From contig OZ024741.1 of the NCBI GenBank assembly GCA_964016885.1, forward strand, positions 32,426,001 to 32,490,000: 64,000 bases of DNA, written 5' to 3'. The notes beneath the pieces are model-generated. The model was not told the DNA's origin, made no database searches, and was given only the letters and a program-made list of their open reading frames with translations. Shown one piece after another: positions 12,001 through 27,700 of the stretch. This DNA is from Eledone cirrhosa. Lineage: Eukaryota. Each line of letters begins with the position of its first letter. The stretch's first letter is position 1. A program made the translations under genes and the position numbers.

Positions 12001-15000
12001 ATGGCTGTATAATATTTGCATTTATTCAAGATGTAATAAGCCTACATATCTCAATTGTCATACAACATGGCTGTATAATATTTGTATTTATTCCAGATGT
12101 AATAAGCCTACATATCTCAGATGTTATACAACATGGCTGTATACTATTTGTATTTATTCCAGATGTAATAAGCCTACATATCTCAGATGTTATACAACAT
12201 GGCTGTATAATATTTGTATTTATTCCAGATGTAATAAGCCTACATATCTCAGATGTTATACAACATGGCTGTATCATATTTGAATTTATTCCAGATGTAA
12301 TAAGCCTACATATCTCAGATGTTATACAACATGACTGTATAATATTTGTATTTATTCTATATGTAATAAGCCTACATTTCGAAGTTGTTATACAGCATGG
12401 CTGTATAATATTTGTATTTATTCCAGATGTAATAAGCCTACATATCTCAGATGTTATACAACATGGCTGTATAATATTTGTATTTATTCCAGATGTAATA
12501 AGCCTACATTTAGCAGTTGTTATACAGCACGGCTGTATAATATTTGCATTTATTCAAGATGTAATAAGCCTACATATCTCAATTGTCATACAACATGGCT
12601 GTATAATATTTGTATTTATTCCAGATGTAATAAGCCTACATATCTCAGTTGTTATACAACATGGCTGTATTCTATTTGTATTTATTCCAGATCTAATAAG
12701 CCTACATATCTCAGATGTTATACAAGATGGCTGTATAATATTTGTATTTATTCCAGATGTAATAAGCCTACATATCTCAGATGTTATACAACATGGCTGT
12801 ATCATATTTGAATTTATTCCAGATGTAATAAGCCTACATATCTCAGTTGTTATACAACATGGCTGTATAATATTTGTATTTATTGCAGATGTAATAAGCC
12901 TACATATCTCAGTTGTTATACAACATGGCTGTATAATATTTGTATTTATTCCAGATGTAATAAGCCTACATATCTCAGTTGTTATACAACATGGCTGTAT
13001 AATATTTGTATTTATTCCAGATGTAATAAGCCTACATATCTCAGATGTTATACAACATGGCTGTACACTATTTGTATTTATTCCAGATGTAATAAGCCTA
13101 CATATCTCAGATGTTATACAACATGGCTGTATAATATTTGTATTTATTCCAGATGTAATAAGCCTACATATCTCAGATGTTATACAACATGGCTGTATAA
13201 TATTTGTATTTATTCCAGATGTAATAAGCCTACATATCTCAGTTTTTATACAACATGGCTGTATAATATTTGTATTTATTGCGGATGTAATAAGCCTACA
13301 AATCTCAGATGTTATACAACATGGCTGAATAATATTTGTATTTATTCCAGATGTAATAAGACTACATATCTCAGATGTTATACAACATGGCTGTATAATA
13401 TTTGTATTTATTCCAGATGTAATAAGCCTACATATCTCAGTTGTTATACAACATGTCTGTGTAATATTTGTATTTATTCCAGATGTAATAAGCCTACATA
13501 TCTCAGTTGTTATACAACATGGCTGTATAATATTTGTATTTATTCCAGATGTAATAAGCCTACATATCTCAGTTGTTATACAACATGGCTGTATAATATT
13601 TGTATTTATTCCAGATGTAATAAGCCTACATATCTCAGATGTTATACAACATGGCTGTATAATATTTGTATTTATTCCAGATGTAATAAGCCTACATTTC
13701 GCAGTTGTTATACAGCATTGCTGTATACTATTTGTATTTATTCCAGATGTAATAAGCCTACATATCTCAGATGTTATACAACATGGCTGTATAATATTTG
13801 TATTTATTCCAGATGTAATAAGCCTACATTTCGCAGTTGTTATACAACATGGCTGTATAATATTTGTATTTATTCCAGATGTAATAAGCCTACATATCTC
13901 AGTTTTTATACAACATGGCTGTATAATATTTGTAATTATTGCAGATGTAATAAGCCTACATATCTCAGTTGTTATACAACATGGCTGTATAATATTTGTA
14001 TTTATTCCAGATGTAATAAGCCTACATATCTCAGTTTTTATACAACATGGCTGTATAATATTTGTAATTATTGCAGATGTAATAAGCCTACATATCTCAG
14101 TTGTTATACAACATGGCTGTATAATATTTGTATTTATTCCAGATGTAATAAGCCTACATATCTCAGATGTTATACAACATGGCTGTATAATATTTGTATT
14201 TATTCCATATGTAATAAGCCTACATTTCGCAGTTGTTATACAGCATGGCTGTATAATATTTGTATTTATTCAAGATGAAATAAGCCTACATATCTCAATT
14301 GTCATACAACATGGCTGTATAATATTTGTATTTATTCCAGATGTAATAAGCCTACATATCTCAGTTGTTATACAACATGTCTGTATAATATTTGTATTTA
14401 TTCCAGATGTAATAAGCCTACACATCTCAGTTGTTATACAACTTGGCTGTATAATATTTGTATTTATTCCAGATGTAATATGCCTACATATCTCAGTTGT
14501 TATACAACATGGCTGTATAATATTTGTATTTATTCCAGATGTAATAAACCTACATATCTCAGTTGTTATACAACATGTCTGTATAATATCTGTATTTATT
14601 CCAGATGTAATAAGCCTACATATCTCAGATGTTATACAACATGGCTGTATAATATTTGTATTTATTCCAGATGTAATATGCCTACATATCTCAGTTGTTA
14701 TACAACATGGCTGTATAATATTTGTATTTATTCCAGATGTAATAAATCTACATATCTCAGTTGTTATACAACATGTCTGTATAATATTTGTATTTATTCC
14801 AGATGTAATAAGCCTACATATCTCAGTTGTTATACAACATGGCTGTATAATATTTGTATTTATTCCAGATGTAATATGCCTTCATATCTCAGTTGTTATA
14901 CAACATGGCTGTATAATATTTGTATTTATTCCAGATGTAATAAGCCTACATATCTCAGTTGTTATACAACATGGCTGTATAATATTTGTATTTATTCCAG

Positions 15001-18000
15001 ATGTAATAAGCCTACATATCTCAGTTGTTATACAACATGGCTGTATAATATTTGTATTTATTCCAGATGTAATAAGCCTACATTTCGCAGTTGTTATACA
15101 GCATGGCTGTATACTATTTGTATTTATTCCAGATGTAATAAGCCTACATATCTCAGATGTTATACAACATGGCTGTATAATATTTGTATTTATTCCAGAT
15201 GTAATAAGCCTACATTTCGCAGTTGTTATACAGCATGGCTGTATAATATTTGCATTTATTCAAGATGTAATAAGCCTACATATCTCAATTGTCATACAAC
15301 ATGGCTGTATAATATTTGTATTTATTCCAGATGTAATAAGCCTACATATCTCAGATGTTATACAACATGGCTGTATACTATTTGTATTTATTCCAGATGT
15401 AATAAGCCTACATATCTCAGATGTTATACAAGATGGCTGTATAATATTTGTATTTATTCTAGATGTAATAAGCCTACATATCTCAGATGTTATACAACAT
15501 GGCTGTATCATATTTGTATTTATTCTAGATGTAATAAGCCTACATATCTCAGTTGTTATACAACATGGCTGTATACTATTTGTATTTATTGCAGATGTAA
15601 TAAGCCTACATATCTCAGTTGTTATACAACATGGCTGTATAATATTTGTATTTATTCCAGATGTAATAAGCCTACATATCTCAGATGTTATACAACATGG
15701 CTGTATACTATTTGTATTTATTCCAGATGTAATAAGCCTACATATCTCAGATGTTATACAACATGGCTGTATAATATTTGTATTTATTCCAGATGTAATA
15801 AGCCTACATATCTCAGATGTTATACAACATGGCTGTATCATATTTGTTTTTATTCCAGATATAATAAGCCTACATATCTCAGATGTTATACAACATGGTT
15901 GTATACTATCTGTATTTATTCCAGATGTAATAAGCCAACATATCTCAGATGTTATACAACATGGCTGTATAATATTTGTATTTATTCCATATGTAATAAG
16001 CCTACATTTCGAAGTTGTTATACAGCATGGCTGTATAATATTTGTATTTATTCCAGATGTAATAAGTCTACATATCTCAGATGTTATACAACATGGCTGT
16101 ATAATATTTGTATTTATTCCAGATGTAATAAGCCTACATTTCGCAGTTGTTATACAGCATGGCTGTATAATATTTGCATTTATTCAAGATGTAATAAGCC
16201 TACATATCTCAATTGTCATACAACATGGCTGTATAATATTTGTATTTATTCCAGATGTAATAAGCCTACATATCTCAGATGTTATACAACATGGCTGTAT
16301 ACTATTTGTATTTATTCCAGATGTAATAAGCCTACATATCTCAGATGTTATACAACATGGCTGTATAATATTTGTATTTATTCCAGATGTAATAAGCCTA
16401 CATATCTCAGATGTTATACAACATGGCTGTATCATATTTGAATTTATTCCAGATGTAATAAGCCTACATATCTCAGATGTTATACAACATGACTGTATAA
16501 TATTTGTATTTATTCTATATGTAATAAGCCTACATTTCGAAGTTGTTATACAGCATGGCTGTATAATATTTGTATTTATTCCAGATGTAATAAGCCTACA
16601 TATCTCAGATGTTATACAACATGGCTGTATAATATTTGTATTTATTCCAGATGTAATAAGCCTACATTTAGCAGTTGTTATACAGCACGGCTGTATAATA
16701 TTTGCATTTATTCAAGATGTAATAAGCCTACATATCTCAATTGTCATACAACATGGCTGTATAATATTTGTATTTATTCCAGATGTAATAAGCCTACATA
16801 TCTCAGTTGTTATACAACATGGCTGTATTCTATTTGTATTTATTCCAGATCTAATAAGCCTACATATCTCAGATGTTATACAAGATGGCTGTATAATATT
16901 TGTATTTATTCCAGATGTAATAAGCCTACATATCTCAGATGTTATACAACATGGCTGTATCATATTTGAATTTATTCCAGATGTAATAAGCCTACATATC
17001 TCAGTTGTTATACAACATGGCTGTATAATATTTGTATTTATTGCAGATGTAATAAGCCTACATATCTCAGTTGTTATACAACATGGCTGTATAATATTTG
17101 TATTTATTCCAGATGTAATAAGCCTACATATCTCAGTTGTTATACAACATGGCTGTATAATATTTGTATTTATTCCAGATGTAATAAGCCTACATATCTC
17201 AGATGTTATACAACATGGCTGTACACTATTTGTATTTATTCCAGATGTAATAAGCCTACATATCTCAGATGTTATACAACATGGCTGTATAATATTTCTA
17301 TTTATTCCAGATGTAATAAGCCTACATATCTCAGATGTTATACAACATGGCTGTATAATATTTGTATTTATTCCAGATGTAATAAGCCTACATATCTCAG
17401 TTTTTATACAACATGGCTGTATAATATTTGTATTTATTGCGGATGTAATAAGCCTACAAATCTCAGATGTTATACAACATGGCTGAATAATATTTGTATT
17501 TATTCCAGATGTAATAAGACTACATATCTCAGATGTTATACAACATGGCTGTATAATATTTGTATTTATTCCAGATGTAATAAGCCTACATATCTCAGTT
17601 GTTATACAACATGTCTGTATAATATTTGTATTTATTCCAGATGTAATAAGCCTACATATCTCAGTTGTTATACAACATGGCTGTATAATATTTGTATTTA
17701 TTCCAGATGTAATAAGCCTACATATCTCAGTTGTTATACAACATGGCTGTATAATATTTGTATTTATTCCAGATGTAATAAGCCTACATATCTCAGATGT
17801 TATACAACATGGCTGTATAATATTTGTATTTATTCCAGATGTAATAAGCCTACATTTCGCAGTTGTTATACAGCATTGCTGTATACTATTTGTATTTATT
17901 CCAGATGTAATAAGCCTACATATCTCAGATGTTATACAACATGGCTGTATAATATTTGTATTTATTCCAGATGTAATAAGCCTACATTTCGCAGTTGTTA

Positions 18001-21000
18001 TACAACATGGCTGTATAATATTTGTATTTATTCCAGATGTAATAAGCCTACATATCTCAGTTTTTATACAACATGGCTGTATAATATTTGTAATTATTGC
18101 AGATGTAATAAGCCTACATATCTCAGTTGTTATACAACATGGCTGTATAATATTTGTATTTATTCCAGATGTAATAAGCCTACATATCTCAGTTTTTATA
18201 CAACATGGCTGTATAATATTTGTAATTATTGCAGATGTAATAAGCCTACATATCTCAGTTGTTATACAACATGGCTGTATAATATTTGTATTTATTCCAG
18301 ATGTAATAAGCCTACATATCTCAGATGTTATACAACATGGCTGTATAATATTTGTATTTATTCCATATGTAATAAGCCTACATTTCGCAGTTGTTATACA
18401 GCATGGCTGTATAATATTTGTATTTATTCAAGATGAAATAAGCCTACATATCTCAATTGTCATACAACATGGCTGTATAATATTTGTATTTATTCCAGAT
18501 GTAATAAGCCTACATATCTCAGTTGTTATACAACATGTCTGTATAATATTTGTATTTATTCCAGATGTAATAAGCCTACATATCTCAGTTGTTATACAAC
18601 TTGGCTGTATAATATTTGTATTTATTCCAGATGTAATATGCCTACATATCTCAGTTGTTATACAACATGGCTGTATAATATTTGTATTTATTCCAGATGT
18701 AATAAACCTACATATCTCAGTTGTTATACAACATGTCTGTATAATATCTGTATTTATTCCAGATGTAATAAGCGTACATATCTCAGATGTTATACAACAT
18801 GGCTGTATAATATTTGTATTTATTCCAGATGTAATAAGCCTACATATCTCAGTTTTTATACAACATGGCTGTATAATATTTGTAATTATTGCAGATGTAA
18901 TAAGCCTACATATCTCAGTTGTTATACAACATGGCTGTATAATATTTGTATTTATTCCAGATGTAATAAGCCTACATATCTCAGTTTTTATACAACATGG
19001 CTGTATAATATTTGTAATTATTGCAGATGTAATAAGCCTACATATCTCAGTTGTTATACAACATGGCTGTATAATATTTGTATTTATTCCAGATGTAATA
19101 AGCCTACATATCTCAGATGTTATACAACATGGCTGTATAATATTTGTATTTATTCCATATGTAATAAGCCTACATTTCGCAGTTGTTATACAGCATGGCT
19201 GTATAATATTTGTATTTATTCAAGATGAAATAAGCCTACATATCTCAATTGTCATACAACATGGCTGTATAATATTTGTATTTATTCCAGATGTAATAAG
19301 CCTACATATCTCAGTTGTTATACAACATGTCTGTATAATATTTGTATTTATTCCAGATGTAATAAGCCTACATATCTCAGTTGTTATACAACTTGGCTGT
19401 ATAATATTTGTATTTATTCCAGATGTAATATGCCTACATATCTCAGTTGTTATACAACATGGCTGTATAATATTTGTATTTATTCCAGATGTAATAAACC
19501 TACATATCTCAGTTGTTATACAACATGTCTGTATAATATCTGTATTTATTCCAGATGTAATAAGCCTACATATCTCAGATGTTATACAACATGGCTGTAT
19601 AATATTTGTATTTATTCCAGATGTAATAAGCCTACATATCTCAGATGTTATACAAAATGGCTGTATAATATTTGTATTTATTCCAGATCTAATAAGCCTA
19701 CATATCTCAGTTTTTATACAACATGGCTGTATAATATTTGTACTTATTGCAGATGTAATAAGCCTACATATCTCAGATGTTATACAACATGGCTGTATAC
19801 TATTTGTATTTATTCCAGATGTAATAAGCCTACATATCTCAGATGTTATACAACATGGCTGTATAATATTTGTATTTATTCCAGATGTAATATGCCTACA
19901 TATCTCAGTTGTTATACAACATGGCTGTATAATATTTGTATTTATTCCAGATGTAATAAATCTACATATCTCAGTTGTTATACAACATGTCTGTATAATA
20001 TTTGTATTTATTCCAGATGTAATAAGCCTACATATCTCAGTTGTTATACAACATGGCTGTATAATATTTGTATTTATTCCAGATGTAATATGCCTTCATA
20101 TCTCAGTTGTTATACAACATGGCTGTATAATATTTGTATTTATTCCAGATGTAATAAGCCTACATATCTCAGTTGTTATACAACATGGCTGTATAATATT
20201 TGTATTTATTCCAGATGTAATAAGCCTACATATCTCAGATGTTATACAACATGGCTGTATAATATTTGTATTTATTCCAGATGTAATAAGCCTACATTTC
20301 GCAGTTGTTATACAGCATGGCTGTATACTATTTGTATTTATTCCAGATGTAATAAGCCTACATATCTCAGATGTTATACAACATGGCTGTATAATATTTG
20401 TATTTATTCCAGATGTAATAAGCCTACATTTCGCAGTTGTTATACAGCATGGCTGTATAATATTTGCATTTATTCAAGATGTAATAAGCCTACATATCTC
20501 AATTGTCATACAACATGGCTGTATAATATTTGTATTTATTCCAGATGTAATAAGCCTACATATCTCAGATGTTATACAACATGGCTGTATACTATTTGTA
20601 TTTATTCCAGATGTAATAAGCCTACATATCTCAGATGTTATACAAGATGGCTGTATAATATTTGTATTTATTCTAGATGTAATAAGCCTACATATCTCAG
20701 ATGTTATACAACATGGATGTATCATATTTGTATTTATTCTAGATGTAATAAGCCTACATATCTCAGTTGTTATACAACATGGCTGTATACTATTTGTATT
20801 TATTGCAGATGTAATAAGCCTACATATCTCAGTTGTTATACAACATGGCTGTATAATATTTGTATTTATTCCAGATGTAATAAGCCTACATATCTCAGTT
20901 GTTATACAACATGGCTGTATAATATTTGTATTTATTCCAGATGTAATAAGCCTACATATCTCAGTTTTTATACAACATGGCTGTATAATATTTGTAATTA

Positions 21001-24000
21001 TTGCAGATGTAATAAGCCTACATATCTCAGTTGTTATACAACACGGCTGTATAATATTTGTATTTATTGCAGATGTAATAAGCCTACATATCTCAGTTGT
21101 TATACAACATGGCTGTATAATATTTGTATTTATTCCAGATGTAATAAGCCTACATATCTCAGATGTTATACAACATGGCTGTATACTATTTGTATTTATT
21201 CCAGATGTAATAAGCCTACATATCTCAGATGTTATACAACATGGCTGTATAATATTTGTATTTATTCCAGATGTAATAAGCCTACATATCTCAGATGTTA
21301 TACAACATGGCTGTATCATATTTGTTTTTATTCCAGATATAATAAGCCTACATATCTCAGATGTTATACAACATGGTTGTATACTATCTGTATTTATTCC
21401 AGATGTAATAAGCCAACATATCTCAGATGTTATACAACATGGCTGTATAATATTTGTATTTATTCCATATGTAATAAGCCTACATTTCGAAGTTGTTATA
21501 CAGCATGGCTGTATAATATTTGTATTTATTCCAGATGTAATAAGCCTACATATCTCAGATGTTATACAACATGGCTGTATAATATTTGTATTTATTCCAG
21601 ATGTAATAAGCCTACATTTCGCAGTTGTTATACAGCATGGCTGTATAATATTTGCATTTATTCAAGATGTAATAAGCCTACATATCTCAATTGTCATACA
21701 ACATGGCTGTATAATATTTGTATTTATTCCAGATGTAATAAGCCTACATATCTCAGATGTTATACAACATGGCTGTATACTATTTGTATTTATTCCAGAT
21801 GTAATAAGCCTACATATCTCAGATGTTATACAACATGGCTGTATAATATTTGTATTTATTCCAGATGTAATAAGCCTACATATCTCAGATGTTATACAAC
21901 ATGGCTGTATCATATTTGAATTTATTCCAGATGTAATAAGCCTACATATCTCAGATGTTATACAACATGACTGTATAATATTTGTATTTATTCTATATGT
22001 AATAAGCCTACATTTCGAAGTTGTTATACAGCATGGCTGTATAATATTTGTATTTATTCCAGATGTAATAAGCCTACATATCTCAGATGTTATACAACAT
22101 GGCTGTATAATATTTGTATTTATTCCAGATGTAATAAGCCTACATTTAGCAGTTGTTATACAGCACGGCTGTATAATATTTGCATTTATTCAAGATGTAA
22201 TAAGCCTACATATCTCAATTGTCATACAACATGGCTGTATAATATTTGTATTTATTCCAGATGTAATAAGCCTACATATCTCAGTTGTTATACAACATGG
22301 CTGTATTCTATTTGTATTTATTCCAGATCTAATAAGCCTACATATCTCAGATGTTATACAAGATGGCTGTATAATATTTGTATTTATTCCAGATGTAATA
22401 AGCCTACATATCTCAGATGTTATACAACATGGCTGTATCATATTTGAATTTATTCCAGATGTAATAAGCCTACATATCTCAGTTGTTATACAACATGGCT
22501 GTATAATATTTGTATTTATTGCAGATGTAATAAGCCTACATATCTCAGTTGTTATACAACATGGCTGTATAATATTTGTATTTATTCCAGATGTAATAAG
22601 CCTACATATCTCAGTTGTTATACAACATGGCTGTATAATATTTGTATTTATTCCAGATGTAATAAGCCTACATATCTCAGATGTTATACAACATGGCTGT
22701 ACACTATTTGTATTTATTCCAGATGTAATAAGCCTACATATCTCAGATGTTATACAACATGGCTGTATAATATTTGTATTTATTCCAGATGTAATAAGCC
22801 TACATATCTCAGATGTTATACAACATGGCTGTATAATATTTGTATTTATTCCAGATGTAATAAGCCTACATATCTCAGTTTTTATACAACATGGCTGTAT
22901 AATATTTGTATTTATTGCGGATGTAATAAGCCTACAAATCTCAGATGTTATACAACATGGCTGAATAATATTTGTATTTATTCCAGATGTAATAAGACTA
23001 CATATCTCAGATGTTATACAACATGGCTGTATAATATTTGTATTTATTCCAGATGTAATAAGCCTACATATCTCAGTTGTTATACAACATGTCTGTATAA
23101 TATTTGTATTTATTCCAGATGTAATAAGCCTACATATCTCAGTTGTTATACAACATGGCTGTATAATATTTGTATTTATTCCAGATGTAATAAGCCTACA
23201 TATCTCAGTTGTTATACAACATGGCTGTATAATATTTGTATTTATTCCAGATGTAATAAGCCTACATATCTCAGATGTTATACAACATGGCTGTATAATA
23301 TTTGTATTTATTCCAGATGTAATAAGCCTACATTTCGCAGTTGTTATACAGCATTGCTGTATACTATTTGTATTTATTCCAGATGTAATAAGCCTACATA
23401 TCTCAGATGTTATACAACATGGCTGTATAATATTTGTATTTATTCCAGATGTAATAAGCCTACATTTCGCAGTTGTTATACAACATGGCTGTATAATATT
23501 TGTATTTATTCCAGATGTAATAAGCCTACATATCTCAGTTTTTATACAACATGGCTGTATAATATTTGTAATTATTGCAGATGTAATAAGCCTACATATC
23601 TCAGTTGTTATACAACATGGCTGTATAATATTTGTATTTATTCCAGATGTAATAAGCCTACATATCTCAGTTGTTATACAACATGGCTGTATACTATTTG
23701 CATTTATTCCAGATGTAATAAGCCTACATATCTCAGATGTTATACAACATGGCTGTATAATATTTGTATTTATTCCAGATGTAATAAGCCTACATATCTC
23801 AGTTGTTATACAACATGTCTGTATAATATTTGTATTTATTCCAGATGTAATAAGCCTACATATCTCAGTTGTTATACAACATGGCTGTATAATATTTGTA
23901 TTTATTCCAGATGTAATAAGCCTATATATCTCAGTTGTTATACAACATGGCTGTATAATATTTGTATTTATTCCAGATGTAATAAGCCTACATATCTCAG

Positions 24001-24799
24001 ATGTTATACAACATGGCTGTATAATATTTGTATTTATTCCAGATGTAATAAGGCTACATTTCGCAGTTGTTATACAGCATGGCTGTATACTATTTGTATT
24101 TATTCCAGATGTAATAAGCCTACATATCTCAGATGTTATACAACATGGCTGTATAATATTTGTATTTATTCCAGATGTAATAAGCCTACATTTCGCAGTT
24201 GTTATACAGCATGGCTGTATAATATTTGCATTTATTCAAGATGTAATAAGCCTACATATCTCAATTGTCATACAACATGGCTGTATAATATTTGTATTTA
24301 TTCCAGATGTAATAAGCCTACATATCTCAGATGTTATACAACATGGCTGTATACTATTTGTATTTATTCCAGATGTAATAAGCCTACATATCTCAGATGT
24401 TATACAACATGGCTGTATAATATTTGTATTTATTCCAGATGTAATAAGCCTACATATCTCAGATGTTATACAACATGGCTGTATAATATTTGTATTTATT
24501 CCAGATGTAATAAGACTACATATCTCAGATGTTATACAACATGGCTGCATAATATTTGTATTTATTCCAGATGTAATAAGCCTACATATCTCAGATGTTA
24601 TACAACATGGCTGTATAATATTTGTATTTATTCCAGATGTAATAAGCCTACATATCTCAGATGTTATACAACATGGCTGTATCATATTTGTATTTATTCC
24701 AGATGTAATAAGCCTACATTTCGCAGTTGTTATACAGCATGGCTGTATAATATTTGTATTTATTCCAGATGTAATAAGCCTACATATCTCAGTTGTTAT

Positions 24800-27700
24800 A
24801 CAACATGGCTGTATAATATTTGTATTTATTTCAGATGTAATAAGCCTACATATCTCAGTTGTTATACAACATGGCTGTATAATATTTGTATTTATTCCAG
24901 ATTTAATAAGCCTACATATCTCAGATGTTATACAACATGGCTGTATACTATTTGAATTTATTCCAGATGTAATAAGCCAACATATCTCAGTGGTTATACA
25001 ACATGGCTTTATAATATTTGTATTTATTCCAGATGTAATAAGCCTACATATCTCAGTTGTTATTCAACATGGCTGTATAATATTTGTGTTTATTCCAGCT
25101 GTAATAAGCCTACATATCTCAGTTGTTATACAACATGGCTGTATAATATTTGTATTTATTCGAGATGTAATACGCCTACATATCTCAGATGTTATACAAC
25201 ATGGCTGTATAATATTTGTATTTATTCCAGATGTAATAAGCCTACATTTCGCAGTTGTTATACAGCATGGCTGTATAATATTTGTATTTATTCCAGATGT
25301 AATAAGCCTACATATCTCAGTTGTTATACAACATGGCTGTATAATATTTGTATTTATTCCAGATGTAATAAGCCTACATATCTCAGTTGTTATACAACAT
25401 GGCTGTATAATATTTGTATTTATTCCAGATCTAATAAGCCTACATATCTCAGTTGTTATACAACATGGCTGTATAATATTCGTAATTATTCCAGATATAA
25501 TAAGCCTACATATCCCAGATGTTATACAACATGGATGTATAATATTTGTATTTATTCCAGATGTAATGAGCCTATATATCTCAGTTGTTATACAACATCG
25601 CTGTATAATATTTGTATTTATTCCAGCTGTAATAAGCCTACATATCTCAGTTGTTATACAACATGGCTGTATAATATTTGTATTTATTCCAGATGTAATA
25701 AGCCTACATATCTCAGATGTTATACAACATGGCTGTATATTATTTGTATTTATTCCAGATGTAATAAGCCTACATATCGCAGTTGTTATACAGCATGGCT
25801 GTATAATATTTGTATTTATTCCAGATGTAATAAGCCTACATATCTCAGATGTTATACAACATGGCTGTATAATATTTGTATTTATTCCAGATGTAATAAG
25901 CCTACATATCTCAGTTGTTATACAACATGGCTGTATAATATTTGTATTTATTCCAGATGTAATAAGACTACATATCTCAGATGTTATACAACATGGCTGT
26001 ATAATATTTGTAATTATTCCAGATTTAATAAGCCTACATTCTCAGTTGTTATACAACATGGCTGTATAATATTTGTATTTATTCCAGATGTAATAAGCCT
26101 ACATATCTCAGTTGTTATACAACATGGCTGTATAATATTTGTATTTATTCCAGATGTAATAAGCCTACATATCTCAGATGTTATACAACATGGCTGTATA
26201 ATATTTGTATTTATTCCAGATGTAATAAGCCTACATATCTCAGTTGTTATACAACATGGCTGTATAATATTTGTATTTATTCCAGATGTAATAAGACTAC
26301 ATATCTCAGTTGTTATACAACATGGCTGTATAATATTTGTATTTATTCCAGATGTAATAAGCCTACATATCTCAGTTTTTATACAACATGGCTGTATAAT
26401 ATTTGCATTTATTCCAGATGTAATAAGCCTACATATCTCAGTTGTTATACAACATGGCTGTATAATATTTGTATTTATTCCAGATGTAATAAGCCTACAT
26501 ATCTCAGATGTTATACAACATGGCTGTATACTATTTGTATTTATTACAGATGTAATAAGCCTACATATCTCAGATGTTATACAACATGGCTGTATAATAT
26601 TTGCATTTATTCCAGATGTAATAAGCCTACATATCTCAGAATTTATACGACATGGCTGTATAATATTTGTATTTATTTCAGATGTAATAAGCCTACATAT
26701 ATCAGTTGTTATACAACATGGCTGTATAATATTTGTATTTATTCCAGATGTAATAAGCCTACATATCTCAGTTGTTATACAACATGGCTGTATAATATTT
26801 GTATTTATTCCAGATGTAATAAGCCTACATATCTCAGATGTTATACAACATGGCTGTATAATATTTGTATTTATTCCAGATGTAATAAGCCTACATTTCG
26901 CAGTTGTTATACAGCATGGCTGTATAATATTTGTATTTATTGCAGATGTAATAAGCGCACATATCTCAGTTGTTATACAACATGGCTGTATAATATTTGT
27001 ATTTATTCCAGATGTAATAAGCCTACATATCTCAGTTGTTATACAACACGGCTGTATAATATTTGTATTTATTCCAGATGTAATAAGCCTACATATCTCA
27101 GATGTTATACAACATGGCTGTATAATATTTGTATTTATTCCAGATGTAATAAGCCTACATATCTCAGTTGTTATACAACATGGCTGTATAATATTTGTAT
27201 TTATTCCAGATGTAATAAGCCTACATATCTCAGTTGTTATACAACATGGCTGTATAATATTTTTATTTCTTCCAGATATAATAAGCCTACATATCTCAGA
27301 TGTTATACAACATGGCTGTATAATATTTGTATTTATTCCAGATTTATTAAGCCTACATATCTCAGTTGTTATACAACTGGCTGTATCATATTTGTATTTA
27401 TTCCAGATGTAATAAGCCTACATATCTCAGTTGTTATACAACATGGCTGTATAATATTTGTATTTATTACAGATGTAATAAGCCTACATATCTCAGTTTT
27501 TATACAACATGGCTGTATAATATTTGTATTTATTCCAGATGTAATAAGCCTACATATCTCAGTTGTTATACAACATGGCTGTATAATATTTGTATTTATT
27601 CCAGATGTAATAAGACTACATATCTCAGTTGTTATACAACATGGCTGTATAATATTTGTATGTATTCCAGATGTAATAAGCCTACATATCTCAGTTGTTA

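Larger units (their letters stand above)
1..24800. repeat. Array domain A: indel-free, variable-length higher-order repeat (five copies of a conserved core plus a partial copy at the window start)
   Basis: The marker monomer GCGGATGTAATAAGCCTACAAATCTC...GGCTGAAT occurs at 5031, 10179, 13281, 17439 and 22917. Spacings are 5148, 3102, 4158 and 5478 bp (78, 47, 63 and 83 monomers). ORF starts 5468/10616/13718/17876/23354 show the same spacings. End boundary approximate. Confidence 0.9.
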
